From: an uncultured Solirubrobacterales bacterium
Lineage (GTDB): Bacteria; Actinomycetota; Thermoleophilia; Solirubrobacterales; Solirubrobacteraceae
Assembly: GCA_963786535.1 (NCBI GenBank)
Contig: CAWAZI010000002.1
Span: 45,499 to 109,498, forward strand
DNA length: 64,000 nt
Direction of reading: 5' to 3'
A program made the translations under genes and the position numbers. Below the pieces are notes generated by a model, which did no database searches, was not told the DNA's origin, and saw nothing but the letters and a program-made list of their open reading frames with translations. The first letter of the stretch is position 1. The number at the start of each line of letters is the position of its first letter. Shown one piece after another: positions 8,827 through 20,125 of this stretch.

Positions 8827-10275
8827 TCATGTCGTCACCCACGGACTATGCCAGGTTCCGAATCCGGATACCAGCTCATCTCCCGCCTTCGGACCCCAGG
8901 AGCCCGGGGCGTAGGAATGAACCGGCGGCGGTTTCTGCAGCAGCGGTTCGAAGATCCGCCAGGTCTCTTCGACGCCGTCCTGGCGGGTGAAGCGCGTGCT
9001 GTCGCCCCGCATCGCGTCGAGCAGCAGCACCTCGTATGGGGTCGGCGCCTCGCCTCCCTGCGCGGCGAACTCGACGTCGAGCGTGATCGCCTCGGGCCCG
9101 GACAGGTCGGCGCGGTGGGCGTCGAGGACTAGGCGCGTCCCGGTTGAGGGATCGAGCTTGACAACGAACTGGTTAGGTTCCGGGCGGCGATGGCCGTGCT
9201 CCATGAAGCCGAGCCGCGGCGGGTCGCGGAAGACGGCGCGCAGCTCCGTCTGCGTTGTCGGCAGTCGCTTTCCGGTGCGGATGAACCACGGCACCCCCGA
9301 CCAGCGCCAGTTGTCGATATCCAGGCGCAGCGCCGCGTAGGTCTCGGTGCTCGAGTCCTTGGCCACACCGTCGATGTCGAGGTAGCCGTCGTACTGGCCG
9401 CGCACGTAATGGGCAGGATCGGCGTCGTGTATAGAACGGAACAGTGAGAACTTGGCGTCCTTGAGCGCGTCCGCGTCACTGCCGGACGGCGCCTCCATCG
9501 CGGCGAGGGCTACCACCTGCATGAGGTGGTTCACGACGACGTCGCGAACAGCGCCCACCGGGTCATAGAAGTGTCCGCGGTCCTCGACGCCGAAGCTCTC
9601 GGCCATCGTGATCTCCACGCACGCGATGTGGTTGCGGTTCCAGATCGGCTCGATCATCGTGTTGGCGAAGCGCAGGTACAGGAACTCATCGGTGCCCATC
9701 TTCCCGAGGAAGTGGTCGATCCGGTACAGCTGCGACTCGTCGATGTACTGATGGATCTCCGCGGCCAGGGCGCGCGCCGACCGCAGGTCGTGGCCGAACG
9801 GCTTCTCGACGACCACGCGACCCGTCTTGGTCAGACCGGCGTCGGTCAGCTGTTTGATTACGGGCCCGAACAGGAACGGTGGGATCTCGAGGTAGAAGAC
9901 CGGGCTGTGCACGTCACCCAGCGCGCTGGTCAGGCGCTTGTACGTGTCGGCGTCGGTGAAGTCGCCGCTGACGTACGACAGCCGCGCGGCGAAGCGGTCA
10001 AAGACCTCCCGGTCCACGGATTCGCCCGTTCCCTCCACGCATTCGCGGGCATGCTCGCGCAGGTGATCGAGCGTCCAATCGTCGCCCGCGACCCCCACGA
10101 TCGGGCAGTCCAGCAGGCCTCGCTTCTCCAGCCGGTAAAGCGACAGGAAGGTCATCACCTTCGCGAGGTCGCCGGTGATCCCGAAGATGACGAGTACGTC
10201 CGCGCGCTGGGTCTCGCCGGATTCGTGCCCGCTGCTGTTCGCGGTCAGCGTGTGAGCTCCTGCGGCTGCAGCCAT
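8827..10275 (-). CDS. zwf: Glucose-6-phosphate 1-dehydrogenase
   Basis: FGITGDLAK, VEKPFG, YRIDHFLGK and NWRWSGVP motifs; ATG at 10275 preferred. Confidence 0.93.
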   Translation of the reverse strand: MAAAAGAHTLTANSSGHESGETQRADVLVIFGITGDLAKVMTFLSLYRLEKRGLLDCPIVGVAGDDWTLDHLREHARECVEGTGESVDREVFDRFAARLSYVSGDFTDADTYKRLTSALGDVHSPVFYLEIPPFLFGPVIKQLTDAGLTKTGRVVVEKPFGHDLRSARALAAEIHQYIDESQLYRIDHFLGKMGTDEFLYLRFANTMIEPIWNRNHIACVEITMAESFGVEDRGHFYDPVGAVRDVVVNHLMQVVALAAMEAPSGSDADALKDAKFSLFRSIHDADPAHYVRGQYDGYLDIDGVAKDSSTETYAALRLDIDNWRWSGVPWFIRTGKRLPTTQTELRAVFRDPPRLGFMEHGHRRPEPNQFVVKLDPSTGTRLVLDAHRADLSGPEAITLDVEFAAQGGEAPTPYEVLLLDAMRGDSTRFTRQDGVEETWRIFEPLLQKPPPVHSYAPGSWGPKAGDELVSGFGTWHSPWVTT

Positions 10276-10386
10276 GCTTTCCCCCCGTCCTTTCGATCGC
10301 GACCGTCGTGGTGATCTTGCTTGGACGTTAGCGCCTGAGGCAGGCCCGGGGTCATTCCACATGACCTCCGAGCCGCGCGCGACCGC

Positions 10387-10623
10387 TCAGCCGATGTCGG
10401 TGAGCAGATCGCCCGCGGAGGAGAGGCCCAGGGCGCGCGCGAGGACCACGATCGTCTCCAGGCGGGGGGAGCGCTTGCAGCGCTCCAGCAGGCTGATCTC
10501 GGTCCGGTGCAGATCGCAGATGTCGGCCAGCTCTTCCTGCGACAGGCCCAGTCGTTCGCGATGGCCGCGCAGGTTCTCGGCAAACTGCTGTCGCACGGAC
10601 TCTTGTGGTTTCACGCGGCGCAC
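10387..10623 (-). CDS. XRE-family helix-turn-helix protein
   Basis: LRGHRERLGLSQEELADICDLHRTEISLLER is a typical HTH_3 pattern. Confidence 0.82.
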   Translation of the reverse strand: MRRVKPQESVRQQFAENLRGHRERLGLSQEELADICDLHRTEISLLERCKRSPRLETIVVLARALGLSSAGDLLTDIG

Positions 10624-10942
10624 TCTCGCGTCTCGCAGACGGAAGGTCTACAGACAAGCGATCGCCCGACAAAACATCGCCTGACAGCTGTCTCACGACA
10701 TATGGTCTGCGAAATGCCCTCAGGACCTCCCGCGATGCCTCGCATCCCAGCGTTGAGCGCCACAAGAGAGAGAAACATCTAATCATTTTACTGCCCAGTG
10801 CTCCGGCCGGCGTCCAGGCGCCCTCCCGGTCTTGCGGGCTGCCTTGCTCGGCCTCGATGGCTGGGACGATGTCGTGAGCGCCTACTGCTAAGAAGCCTGT
10901 CTCGTGCGCTTGTGTGTGTTCGCGAGGGCCGGTCGGCCGCGC

Positions 10943-11392
10943 TCAGCTCGCGACCGCCGCTACGTCATCTCCCGGCGTCACCGTCGTGACCGGCAGGCCC
11001 ATGCCCGCCACCTTGCTCGGCAGGTCGAGCCTCAGCCAGCGCGATACTTTCGCCGACAGCGTCGATACGATCACCTCGTCGAAACCGTGCAGATTGATCG
11101 CGTCGTGCACGGCCGCGATCGGGTCGGGATCGCCCAGGAGCCCCTCCACGGGCGCTCCGGCCGCCTGCTCGAGCAGCGGCAGCGCTCGGTCGAGCACCGT
11201 CTGAGCCTCGCTCTCGGCCTGATCCTCGGGATCGACGACCTTGTGCAGGCCGTGGGTTGCGTTGGGTACGAGCAGCGTAAACGCACACCTCCCGCGCCCC
11301 GCCCGCTCGTGCACGGCGTCGAGCAGTGGTTGTGTGGCCGCCGTCTTATGGGCCACGACCAGCACGCGGCTGGTGGATGCGGAGGACTCCAT
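10943..11392 (-). CDS. Hypothetical protein, possibly universal-stress-protein-like fold
   Basis: RVLVVAHKT...GDPDPIAAV...FDEVIVST pattern; AAAGGAG ribosome-binding site upstream. Confidence 0.65.
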   Translation of the reverse strand: MESSASTSRVLVVAHKTAATQPLLDAVHERAGRGRCAFTLLVPNATHGLHKVVDPEDQAESEAQTVLDRALPLLEQAAGAPVEGLLGDPDPIAAVHDAINLHGFDEVIVSTLSAKVSRWLRLDLPSKVAGMGLPVTTVTPGDDVAAVAS

Positions 11393-11476
11393 GATTGGAA
11401 CTCCTTTCTGGGTATGTCATGTCGCTACCCAGATGATCCCACCGCGAAGCCCGAGGCGCCAGGGGTGTCGCGAAAG

Positions 11477-11558
11477 TGGCGGGGGCAGGATTCGAACCTG
11501 CGAAGGCTGAGCCGCGAGATTTACAGTCTCGTCCCTTTGACCGCTCGGGAACCCCGCC
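11477..11558 (-). tRNA. tRNA-Tyr (GTA), CCA not encoded
   Basis: GGCGGGG/CCCCGCC acceptor stem, CTGTAAA anticodon loop, long variable arm, GCAGG-TTCGAAT-CCTGC T arm. Confidence 0.95.
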
Positions 11559-11639
11559 GGGCGGCCGTCAGTTTAGGGACTATCCTGCCCAACCCCGCAG
11601 GCTCTCATGCGTGCAGGCCCCGCGGTCCTCCGAGCTTCC

Positions 11640-12881
11640 CTACGAAGCCTCGCGCAACTGCTGCGCGTCGGGCAGGGTCTGCAGCTTTTTCAGCGTTCGG
11701 TTCTCGATCTGCCTGACCCGCTCGCGGGTGATGTTGAACGCGCGGCCGACCTCCTCCAGCGTGCGCTGGCGCCCGCCGGTGATGCCGTAGCGCATCTCGA
11801 TCACCTCGCGCTCGCGGCGGGGCAGGGCAGAGAGCACGCGCACGACCTTCTCGCGCCGCAGCGCCGTGGAGGCGATCTCGAACGGAGACTCGGCCGCGTC
11901 GTCCTGCACGAAATCGGCCAGCGCCGTGTCGTCCTCATCGCCGACCGGCTTCTCCAGCGAGACCGGCTGCTGGGCCATCCGCATCACCTCGCGCACTTCT
12001 TTGGTCGAGCACTCGAGCTCCGCGGCGATCTCGGCGCTGGTCGGTTCGCGCCCCAGCCGCTGGATCAGCACGCGCTCGGCGTGGATGACCTTGTTCAGCC
12101 GCTCGACCATGTGCACGGGAATCCTGATCGTCCGTCCCTTGTCGGCGATCGCCCGAGTTACCGCTTGCCTGATCCACCAGGTCGCGTACGTCGAGAACTT
12201 GTACCCCTTGCGGTAGTCGAACTTCTCGACCGCCCTGATCAGCCCGAGCGAGCCCTCCTGGATCAGATCCAGGAAAGTCAGTCCCCGACCGACGTACCCC
12301 TTGGCGATCGACACGACCAGGCGCAGGTTCGCCTCGACCATGTGCTGCTTGGCGGCGACGTCTCCGCGCTCGATCCGCTTGGCCAGGCACACCTCCTCAT
12401 CGGCGCTCAGCAGGGGCACCCGCCCGATCGAGCGCAGGTACAGCCGCAGCGAGTCCAGGCTCGGCTCGACGCCCAACTCGACATCGGCCTTGCGCTGTTC
12501 CTCGATCCGCGCTCTTCGCGCCGCGAACGCGCTCCAGCGAATCCTCCCCGCCGGCCCCGTCGACGCTCGCCGGCGGAGGATCGTCGGGCGAGGCCGCCAG
12601 CGCCCCGTTGTGCGCCGCGCTTGCGCCGGCGTCGTGCTCGTCCTCGGACAGGCTCGGCGCGGGCTCACCCGCGGCCAGCACCTCGATGCCGTGCTCCTCC
12701 AGATAGCTGAGCAGATCCTGCGTCTGATCGTGCGTCAGCTCCGCCTCTTCCATCGCGGACGCACCGCCTCGTAGGTGAGGAACCCCCGTTCCTGACCTTC
12801 CGCGATAACTCCCTGCAACTCATCGATCTCAACCACGGCCGTACTGTCCGTGGCGATCAAGACCTCGACATTGTCGCTCAC
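11640..12881 (-). CDS. RpoD/SigA-type sigma-70 factor, with two apparent frameshifts (~12760 and ~12510)
   Basis: Region 1.1-like [10 protein letters not shown] from GTG 12881, then [30 protein letters not shown] and TRERVRQIE across three frames. Confidence 0.88.
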
Positions 12882-13238
12882 TCTGGACCCCCAGGATCCA
12901 AACGGCTTCCCCGTCGGAACGGACTGTCCGCTCCGACCTCCCCTGACCAGACTGCTCTAGCCTCCTCTGTGGTTACTCGATCGCATCTGCCTGCTCCCTG
13001 CTCTCTAAGTCATTCCCCGTCGTGCTTGCCGTGGCTCTCGCCGTTCCCGATGCTCCTCGAATCGCGGTTCCCCGATCGGACGGGGGTTTTGACTGCGTCT
13101 GGCTAAGTGCGAAGTGATACCAGAATCCGTCGTCGTATACGCCGATTGAGTGAGGGCGAGCTCGCGGCTCGTTCGGGTGCTGCTCGGGGCGCGGCTCGCC
13201 GCGGGCGAGGGTTGGCGCTGGCCGGCCGCTAGGCTTGG

Positions 13239-14510
13239 GTGCAGGTGCAGGCGACCCGGCAGATCCACTCGCTGTCTCCGACGCATCCCTTTGGCGACGA
13301 TGTTCAGGCGCGGGCGCCCTCTGTCCCGATCGGCCTGTCGCGCGTGGGGGTGACGGGCGTCGAGAAGGTCGTTCGCATTCGCGATCAGCTGTTCTTCGCG
13401 CGCCTGTCGTGCTTCGTGGACCTGGGCTCCGGCCAGAAGGGCGCCCATATGTCTCGGTTCGAGGAGGTCGTCAACGAGGCGATCGGCGAGGTCGTCCTCA
13501 GCGAGTCCCCGTTTCGGGCGGAGACGCTGGCCCAGCACATCGCCGAACTCGTGCGCTCCCGCCAGAACGCCCTGCGCGCCGAAGTCACGATCGCGGCGCG
13601 CTACCCCGAGCACAAGCCCGCACCCGTCTCGGGAGTGGGTACCCAGGAGATCTACACGCTCCTGGGCCGAGCCGTCGCCTACGAGCATGGCACGCGGCGG
13701 GTCGTCGGGGTGTCGGCCACCGGCATGACCGCCTGCCCCTGTGCGCAGGAGCTCGTCGCTCACCGCGCGCGCGAGCGCCTGCTCGCCGATGGGTTCTCCG
13801 AGGATCAGATCGAGCGCATCCTCGCTCGGGTGCCCGTCGCGACACACAACCAGCGCGGGCTCGGCACGTTGCAGATCGGCTGCATCGAGGAGTGCGTCGC
13901 CGAGATCGACGCCACGTCGCTGCTGCAGATCGTCGAGTCGAGCATGTCCTCGGAGATCTACGAGCTGATGAAGCGCTCCGACGAGGTCGCGGTCGTCGAA
14001 AAGGCCCACGCCCATCCGCGCTTCGTCGAGGACTGCGTACGGGAGATGATCGCGGGCGTCGTCGCCCGCTTTCCAGAGCTGGATGGCGCAAGCTTCGTCT
14101 CGGCGCGCCAGGAGAACCTCGAGACGATCCACCAGCACAACGTTGTCGCCGAACGCCACGGCCTGCTGTCGGAGCTTCGCAGCGAGATCGACGCCGGTGC
14201 GCTGTCGCCGCATCACACCACGCTCGACGAGTGGCTCGCCGCCGGCGCCGCCACGCCGGGACCCCCAGCGTCGCCGCTGGATCTCAGCCGCCCGCCTGAG
14301 GGTCCGCGAGACGCCGGCGCAACCCGAAGAAGTAGTCCAGACCGGACACCACCGTCACGATCACGGTCGCATACAGCAGCAGCGAGACCCACAGCGGCTG
14401 TCCGTGCACCGCGATCAGGGCGAGGATCAGCGCGATCTGCATGCACGTCTTCAGCTTGCCCAGCATGCTTGCTTCCATCACCACCCCCGCCTGGGTCGCG
14501 CCCAGCCTGA
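13239..14510 (+). CDS. GTP cyclohydrolase, FolE2/MptA family (3' end uncertain, overlaps pgsA)
   Basis: LSRVGV, KGAHMSRF, TACPCA, THNQRG, KRSDE, PRFVED and ETIHQH motifs. Confidence 0.85.
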   Translation: MQVQATRQIHSLSPTHPFGDDVQARAPSVPIGLSRVGVTGVEKVVRIRDQLFFARLSCFVDLGSGQKGAHMSRFEEVVNEAIGEVVLSESPFRAETLAQHIAELVRSRQNALRAEVTIAARYPEHKPAPVSGVGTQEIYTLLGRAVAYEHGTRRVVGVSATGMTACPCAQELVAHRARERLLADGFSEDQIERILARVPVATHNQRGLGTLQIGCIEECVAEIDATSLLQIVESSMSSEIYELMKRSDEVAVVEKAHAHPRFVEDCVREMIAGVVARFPELDGASFVSARQENLETIHQHNVVAERHGLLSELRSEIDAGALSPHHTTLDEWLAAGAATPGPPASPLDLSRPPEGPRDAGATRRSSPDRTPPSRSRSHTAAARPTAAVRAPRSGRGSARSACTSSACPACLLPSPPPPGSRPA

Positions 14511-14841
14511 GCACCGTGACCGCCAGCTCGCGCGTGATGATCACCATCGCCACCCACGCTTCCAGCCGGTTCAGCGACACCAGCGCGATCAGCGCCGCGA
14601 CGATCAGCAGCTTGTCCGCGAGCGGGTCCATGAGCTTGCCGAAGGTCGTCACCGACTGTCGCGAGCGCGCGAGGTAGCCGTCGACGAAGTCCGTCGCCGA
14701 GGCGAGCGCGAACACGATCGCGGCGAGCACGTCTCCCTCCGGGGTGTTCCCCAGCAGCGCGACCACCAGCACGGGCACCAGCATGATGCGCAGCACCGTC
14801 AGCATGTTCGGGAGGTTCAGCGGGAACACAGCGATTGCCAT
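14284..14841 (-). CDS. pgsA: CDP-diacylglycerol--glycerol-3-phosphate 3-phosphatidyltransferase
   Basis: NLPNMLTVLR and TDFVDGYLAR...FGKLMDPLADK motifs; start is 14841 or 14829. Confidence 0.92.
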   Translation of the reverse strand: MAIAVFPLNLPNMLTVLRIMLVPVLVVALLGNTPEGDVLAAIVFALASATDFVDGYLARSRQSVTTFGKLMDPLADKLLIVAALIALVSLNRLEAWVAMVIITRELAVTVLRLGATQAGVVMEASMLGKLKTCMQIALILALIAVHGQPLWVSLLLYATVIVTVVSGLDYFFGLRRRLADPQAGG

Positions 14842-14901
14842 TATGGTCGGCGGGCCTCGATCGGGCCTCCCGGAATCCATCCTCGATGACAGGAGACGAC
14901 C

Positions 14902-15888
<987 letters not shown>

Positions 15889-15892
15889 GTCG

Positions 15893-16447
15893 TCAGTAGC
15901 CGACCGAGTAGAAGCTGATGTGCCGGCACCCGTGCAGGGTGTAGTGGGGCAGCGCGTGGTGGCTCGTGTACACGACTATGTGCGGGTTTTCGCAGTGGAT
16001 GATCCCTGAGTTCTCGTGCGCGTGCACGACCGTCAGCGGGTTCGTGCCGGTCCACACATAGTTGTAGGTGTCGTTGGCGTAGATGTAGTTCTTGCCGTTC
16101 CCCGCGTGGATCACCGCGACCTGTGAGCTTGGCCAGCCCGACGGGTGGTAGTCGCCCCAGATCACGTCGCCCGCGCTCCCGCCGTAGATCGTGTCGTCGC
16201 CGTATCCGCCCAGCAGGTAGTTGTGCACGTTCGGCCTTCCGACGAGCACGTGCTGCCGGCCCGCCGGGCCCTTGTCCATCACCAGGTGCTGGTTCGCCGG
16301 CCAGCCGGCGTGGCTGGTCATCGCCAGGGCCGGGATCGCCGTGGCGATGGCGACGATGGCGAGCGTGAGCGCGACGAACGCCGCCCGACCCCGCCGGCGG
16401 GGGCCGCGAGGGCGTGGAGAGGATGTGGGGTCGATGTGCGCGTGCAT
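15893..16447 (-). CDS. Secreted hypothetical protein with RTX-like GGxGxD repeats
   Basis: Signal peptide (ALTLAIVAIATAIPALA); GGYGDDTIYGGSAGDVIWGD. Confidence 0.65.
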   Translation of the reverse strand: MHAHIDPTSSPRPRGPRRRGRAAFVALTLAIVAIATAIPALAMTSHAGWPANQHLVMDKGPAGRQHVLVGRPNVHNYLLGGYGDDTIYGGSAGDVIWGDYHPSGWPSSQVAVIHAGNGKNYIYANDTYNYVWTGTNPLTVVHAHENSGIIHCENPHIVVYTSHHALPHYTLHGCRHISFYSVGY

Positions 16448-16591
16448 GCGATCGGGACGGCGGTCGCGGGAACGGACAGCGGTTGCGGGACGCTACACGG
16501 GTCCGTCCCGGAAGTGCCGTCTATCCCACATCGACTCGCGCAAACAGCCGCTTAAACCGCTCCCGCCGGGCTGGACCGATAGGGTGGGACG

Positions 16592-17173
16592 ATGCCCCTG
16601 ATCCCGATGGTCGTCGAGCGCACCGCCCGCGGTGAGCGCGAGTTCGACATCTACTCGCGATTGCTCAACGAGCGCATCGTCTTCCTCGGCACGCCGATCG
16701 ACGACCAGGTCGCCAATCTGGTGGTCGCCCAGCTACTGCACCTGGAGTCCGAGGATCCCGAGAAGGACATCTCGATCTACATCAACTCGCCCGGCGGCTC
16801 GGTCTACTCGGGCCTGGCGATCTACGACACGATGCGCTTCGTCAAGCCCGACATCGCGACGATGTGCGTCGGCGTAGCGATGTCGATGGGCTCGCTGCTG
16901 CTCGCCGGGGGAACGAAGGGCAAGCGCGCCGCGCTGCCGAACAGCCGCATCCTCATCCACCAGCCCTCCGCGGGATTCGAAGGCCAGTCGACCGACATCG
17001 AGATCCACGCCCGCGAGATACTCGCCGTCAGGGGCCGCCTCGATGAGATCTACGCCGAACACACGGGACGCCCGACTGAGCAGGTCCGCGAGGACATGGA
17101 GCGCGACCGCTTCTTCACGGCCGAGCAGGCCCAGGAGTACGGCCTGATCGACAAGGTCCTCGACAGTCACTGA
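16592..17173 (+). CDS. clpP: ATP-dependent Clp protease proteolytic subunit
   Basis: [22 protein letters not shown] and IHQPS motifs. Confidence 0.95.
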   Translation: MPLIPMVVERTARGEREFDIYSRLLNERIVFLGTPIDDQVANLVVAQLLHLESEDPEKDISIYINSPGGSVYSGLAIYDTMRFVKPDIATMCVGVAMSMGSLLLAGGTKGKRAALPNSRILIHQPSAGFEGQSTDIEIHAREILAVRGRLDEIYAEHTGRPTEQVREDMERDRFFTAEQAQEYGLIDKVLDSH

Positions 17174-17338
17174 GGCGGACCCGAGGCGCGATGCACGCCC
17201 GATGAACGCCCTGGGAACGTGTTTTGAAAAGATCGGCACGTCCGGGTGCGTCCATGGACGCGGCGCTGGATCGCCACGTGACGGCTCGCACGTGCCACCA
17301 GCATGCGCTTCGCCGACCCGCGTCGCCCAGCTTGATCC

Positions 17339-18560
17339 ATGAACGCCCCGACCGCACCGCCTATTTCAAAACACGTTCTGAGCTCGAACGAGCGCGCGAC
17401 GCTGCTGCTGGTTGCGGTCTTGACGCGCGCTGGCGGGCGTGGCCAACTATCAGCCCTGGCTGGCGGTCCCGCGGTTCGCGCTCGCCACGCTCGCGCTGGC
17501 CGGCCTGGCCTGGGTCATGTCGTTCGCGACCGAGCAGCTCGGCGAGCGCTTCGGGCCGGGTGTCACCGGCATGCTGCAGTCCACGCTCGGCAACCTGCCC
17601 GAGCTGTTCGTCGTCATCTTCGCCTTGAAAGCCGGGGAGCTCGTAGTCGCGCAGACGGCGATCGTGGGCTCGATTCTCGCCAACGCGCTGCTCGTGCTCG
17701 GCCTGGTGATTGTGATAGGCGCCCGCCGATCTCCGGACGGGATCATGCGCTTCTCCTCACGTCTGCCCCGCGACACCGCCACGTTGCTGCTCCTGGCGGT
17801 GTTCATCATCGTCCTGCTCGGGCTCTCGCTCGCCGCGCACGATCCCGCCAGCCACCACGTCGAGGCGATCTCCGCGGTCGGCGCCGTCTGCCTGCTGGTC
17901 GTCTACCTCGCCTGGGTCGTTCCTTACCTGCGCTCCGATACCGCTCCACACGGACGGGACCCTGACGGCTCGGCCGATGGGCCGGGGGATAGGGAAGCGG
18001 GACCGGAGGGTGTGGGACCGGGCGATACCGGGCCGGGTGATGTACGGTCGGCAGACGCGGTGGGCGGCGAGTCCGCTGGGATGGCCGAGCTCGTCGGCCC
18101 TCGGCTGTCGCTCAGGCTGACGCTGGCGCTGTTGCTCATCGCCGGAGTTGCGTCCGCGTTCGTGTCCGACTGGTTTATCAACGGTCTCGCCCCCGCGATT
18201 GCCGTGCTGAACCTCTCCCAGGCGTTCGCGGGCCTCGTGATCGTCGCGATCGCCGGCAACGCGGTCGAGAACGTCGCCGGGCTGGTGCTCGCCTACAAGC
18301 GCCGCTCGGACTTGGCGATCTCGGTCGTCAAGAACTCGGTCGCCCAGATCGCCGCGTTCCTGTTCCCGCTGCTGGTGCTCGTCTCCTTCGCGCTGTCCAC
18401 CCAGCTGACGTTCGCGCTCGCCCCCGTCTACATCGGCGCGCTAGCCCTGACCGCGCTGACGCTCTCGCAGGTCACGGGCGACGGCGAGGCCGCCGAGTTC
18501 GAGGGCTGGGCGCTGGTCGCGCTGTATGTGATCCTGGCTACGTTCACGCTTTATGAGTGA
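17339..18560 (+). CDS. Ca2+/H+ antiporter (CaCA family), +1 frameshift near 17425
   Basis: Alpha repeats GNLPE and GNAVE; multiple transmembrane segments. Confidence 0.85.
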
Positions 18561-18710
18561 CGCGGCGCAGGCGGTGATCCCGCGGTCCGTTTCCGTCTGA
18601 TCGCCCACGCGGCGAACACGCGCTAGACTGCCGTATACCTCGCGCCTGGGCGGGGTTTTTCTTCGCCCGGGCACGGTGTCCAAACACGATCGCGCAGGGA
18701 GCAACTCGCT

Positions 18711-18875
18711 ATGGCTCGCGGAGACGTTCGCATCGCTATCACCCTCGCATGCGAGGAGTGCAAGCATCGCAACTACCAGACGAACAAGAGCAAGCGCAAC
18801 AACCCCGACCGCGTGTCCCTGCGCAAGTACTGTCGCTGGTGTCGGCGTCACACCAGCCATCGGGAGACTCGCTAG
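18711..18875 (+). CDS. rpmG: 50S ribosomal protein L33 (zinc-binding type); not in the ORF track
   Basis: Translates as [54 protein letters not shown]. Confidence 0.96.
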   Translation: MARGDVRIAITLACEECKHRNYQTNKSKRNNPDRVSLRKYCRWCRRHTSHRETR

Positions 18876-18896
18876 CCAGCCCGGGAGCGCTGTGCT

Positions 18897-19488
18897 GTGG
18901 CCCGTGATCGCAAACGAGCAAAGCAACGTCGCGCCCGCCGGGGCGCCGCGGCTTCGGGCCAAGGTCCCGGGCCCGCCCCTGCCGCGCCCGCGGATGGAGC
19001 AACCGATGCGTCCATCGAGCGATCGGACGTCGCGGCGCAGTCTCTCGGCGTGGGCCGGGTCGAGCGCGCCGATCTCCCGGGCGCGCTGGAGCACGCCGGG
19101 CGACGTCGACGAGTTCGATGCCGCGATCATCGCCGGCGCCGGCGGAGTCGCCGCCAACGCCGAGACGCTCTCCGAGGCCGAGATCGAGGCCGAGGCGGAG
19201 GCCGAGGGAGACCTCACCGAGGACGAACTGCAGGAGGGAGCGGGCTCCGGGCGCGATGGGGCCAACGGCGTCAGCCCGGAGCAGGCATCCGGCGCTCCCA
19301 TCCGCAAAGGCAACCGTGCGATCGGGTTTCTGCGCGCCAGCTGGGCCGAGCTGCAGCGAGTGCAGTGGCCCGACCGCCGCCACGTGTTTCAGGCGACGGC
19401 CGTCGTGCTCGGCTTCGTCGCCATCGCCGGCGCCTACCTCGGACTGGCCGACTATGTCGCCAAGGAAATCGTCGAAGCCATCCTCTGA
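18897..19488 (+). CDS. secE: Preprotein translocase SecE with long N-terminal extension, frameshift near 19098
   Basis: FLRASWAELQRVQWPDRR plus one C-terminal transmembrane helix; sits between rpmG and nusG. Confidence 0.88.
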
Positions 19489-19597
19489 TCGAGCACGCAG
19501 CGCCGCAGTCATCCTCGTCGCCGCATCCCCTCAGGGAACGTCCCACCGCCGTTGTCCTAACCATCGCACCGAACGAGTCAGGAACTAAAGAGCCCGA

Positions 19598-20122
19598 ATG
19601 TTTCGCTGGTACGTCGTCAACACCTACTCCGGCCACGAGAACAAGGTCAAACAGAACCTCGAGCACCGCGTGGTCTCGCTCGGTCAGCAGCGCGCCGTGC
19701 GCAACGTGGTCGTCCCGACCGAGTCCGTGTCGGAGATGAAGGACAATCAGAAGGTCACCGTCGAGAAGCGCACGATGCCGGGGTATGTGCTCGTCAACAT
19801 GGAGCTCAACGAGGACTCCTGGGGGGTCGTCAAGGGCACGCCGGGCGTCACCGGCTTCGTCGGCGCCTCCCAGGAGCCGGTGCCGCTGACGCAGGTCGAG
19901 GTCGATCGGCTGCTGCACAAGACCGATGTCGCCACGGCGCCCCGCACGCGCGCGCAGTTCGCGATCGGCGAGTCCGTCAAGGTCGTCTCCGGACCGCTCT
20001 CGGACTTCTCCGGAGAGATCTCCGAGATCAACGAGGACGCCGCCAAGCTCAAGGTCCTGGTATCAATCTTCGGTCGCGAGACCCCCGTAGAGGTGGGTTT
20101 TGACCAGGTGAAAAAGATCTAG
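19598..20122 (+). CDS. nusG: Transcription termination/antitermination factor NusG
   Basis: WYVVNTYSGHENKVK, PGYVLV and KOW domain ending IFGRETPVE. Confidence 0.97.
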   Translation: MFRWYVVNTYSGHENKVKQNLEHRVVSLGQQRAVRNVVVPTESVSEMKDNQKVTVEKRTMPGYVLVNMELNEDSWGVVKGTPGVTGFVGASQEPVPLTQVEVDRLLHKTDVATAPRTRAQFAIGESVKVVSGPLSDFSGEISEINEDAAKLKVLVSIFGRETPVEVGFDQVKKI

Positions 20123-20125
20123 ATC

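Noticed and set aside
11400-11560. Prophage or integrative island at tRNA-Tyr
   Set aside because: No integrase, phage genes or duplicated tRNA 3' end were found in the window.
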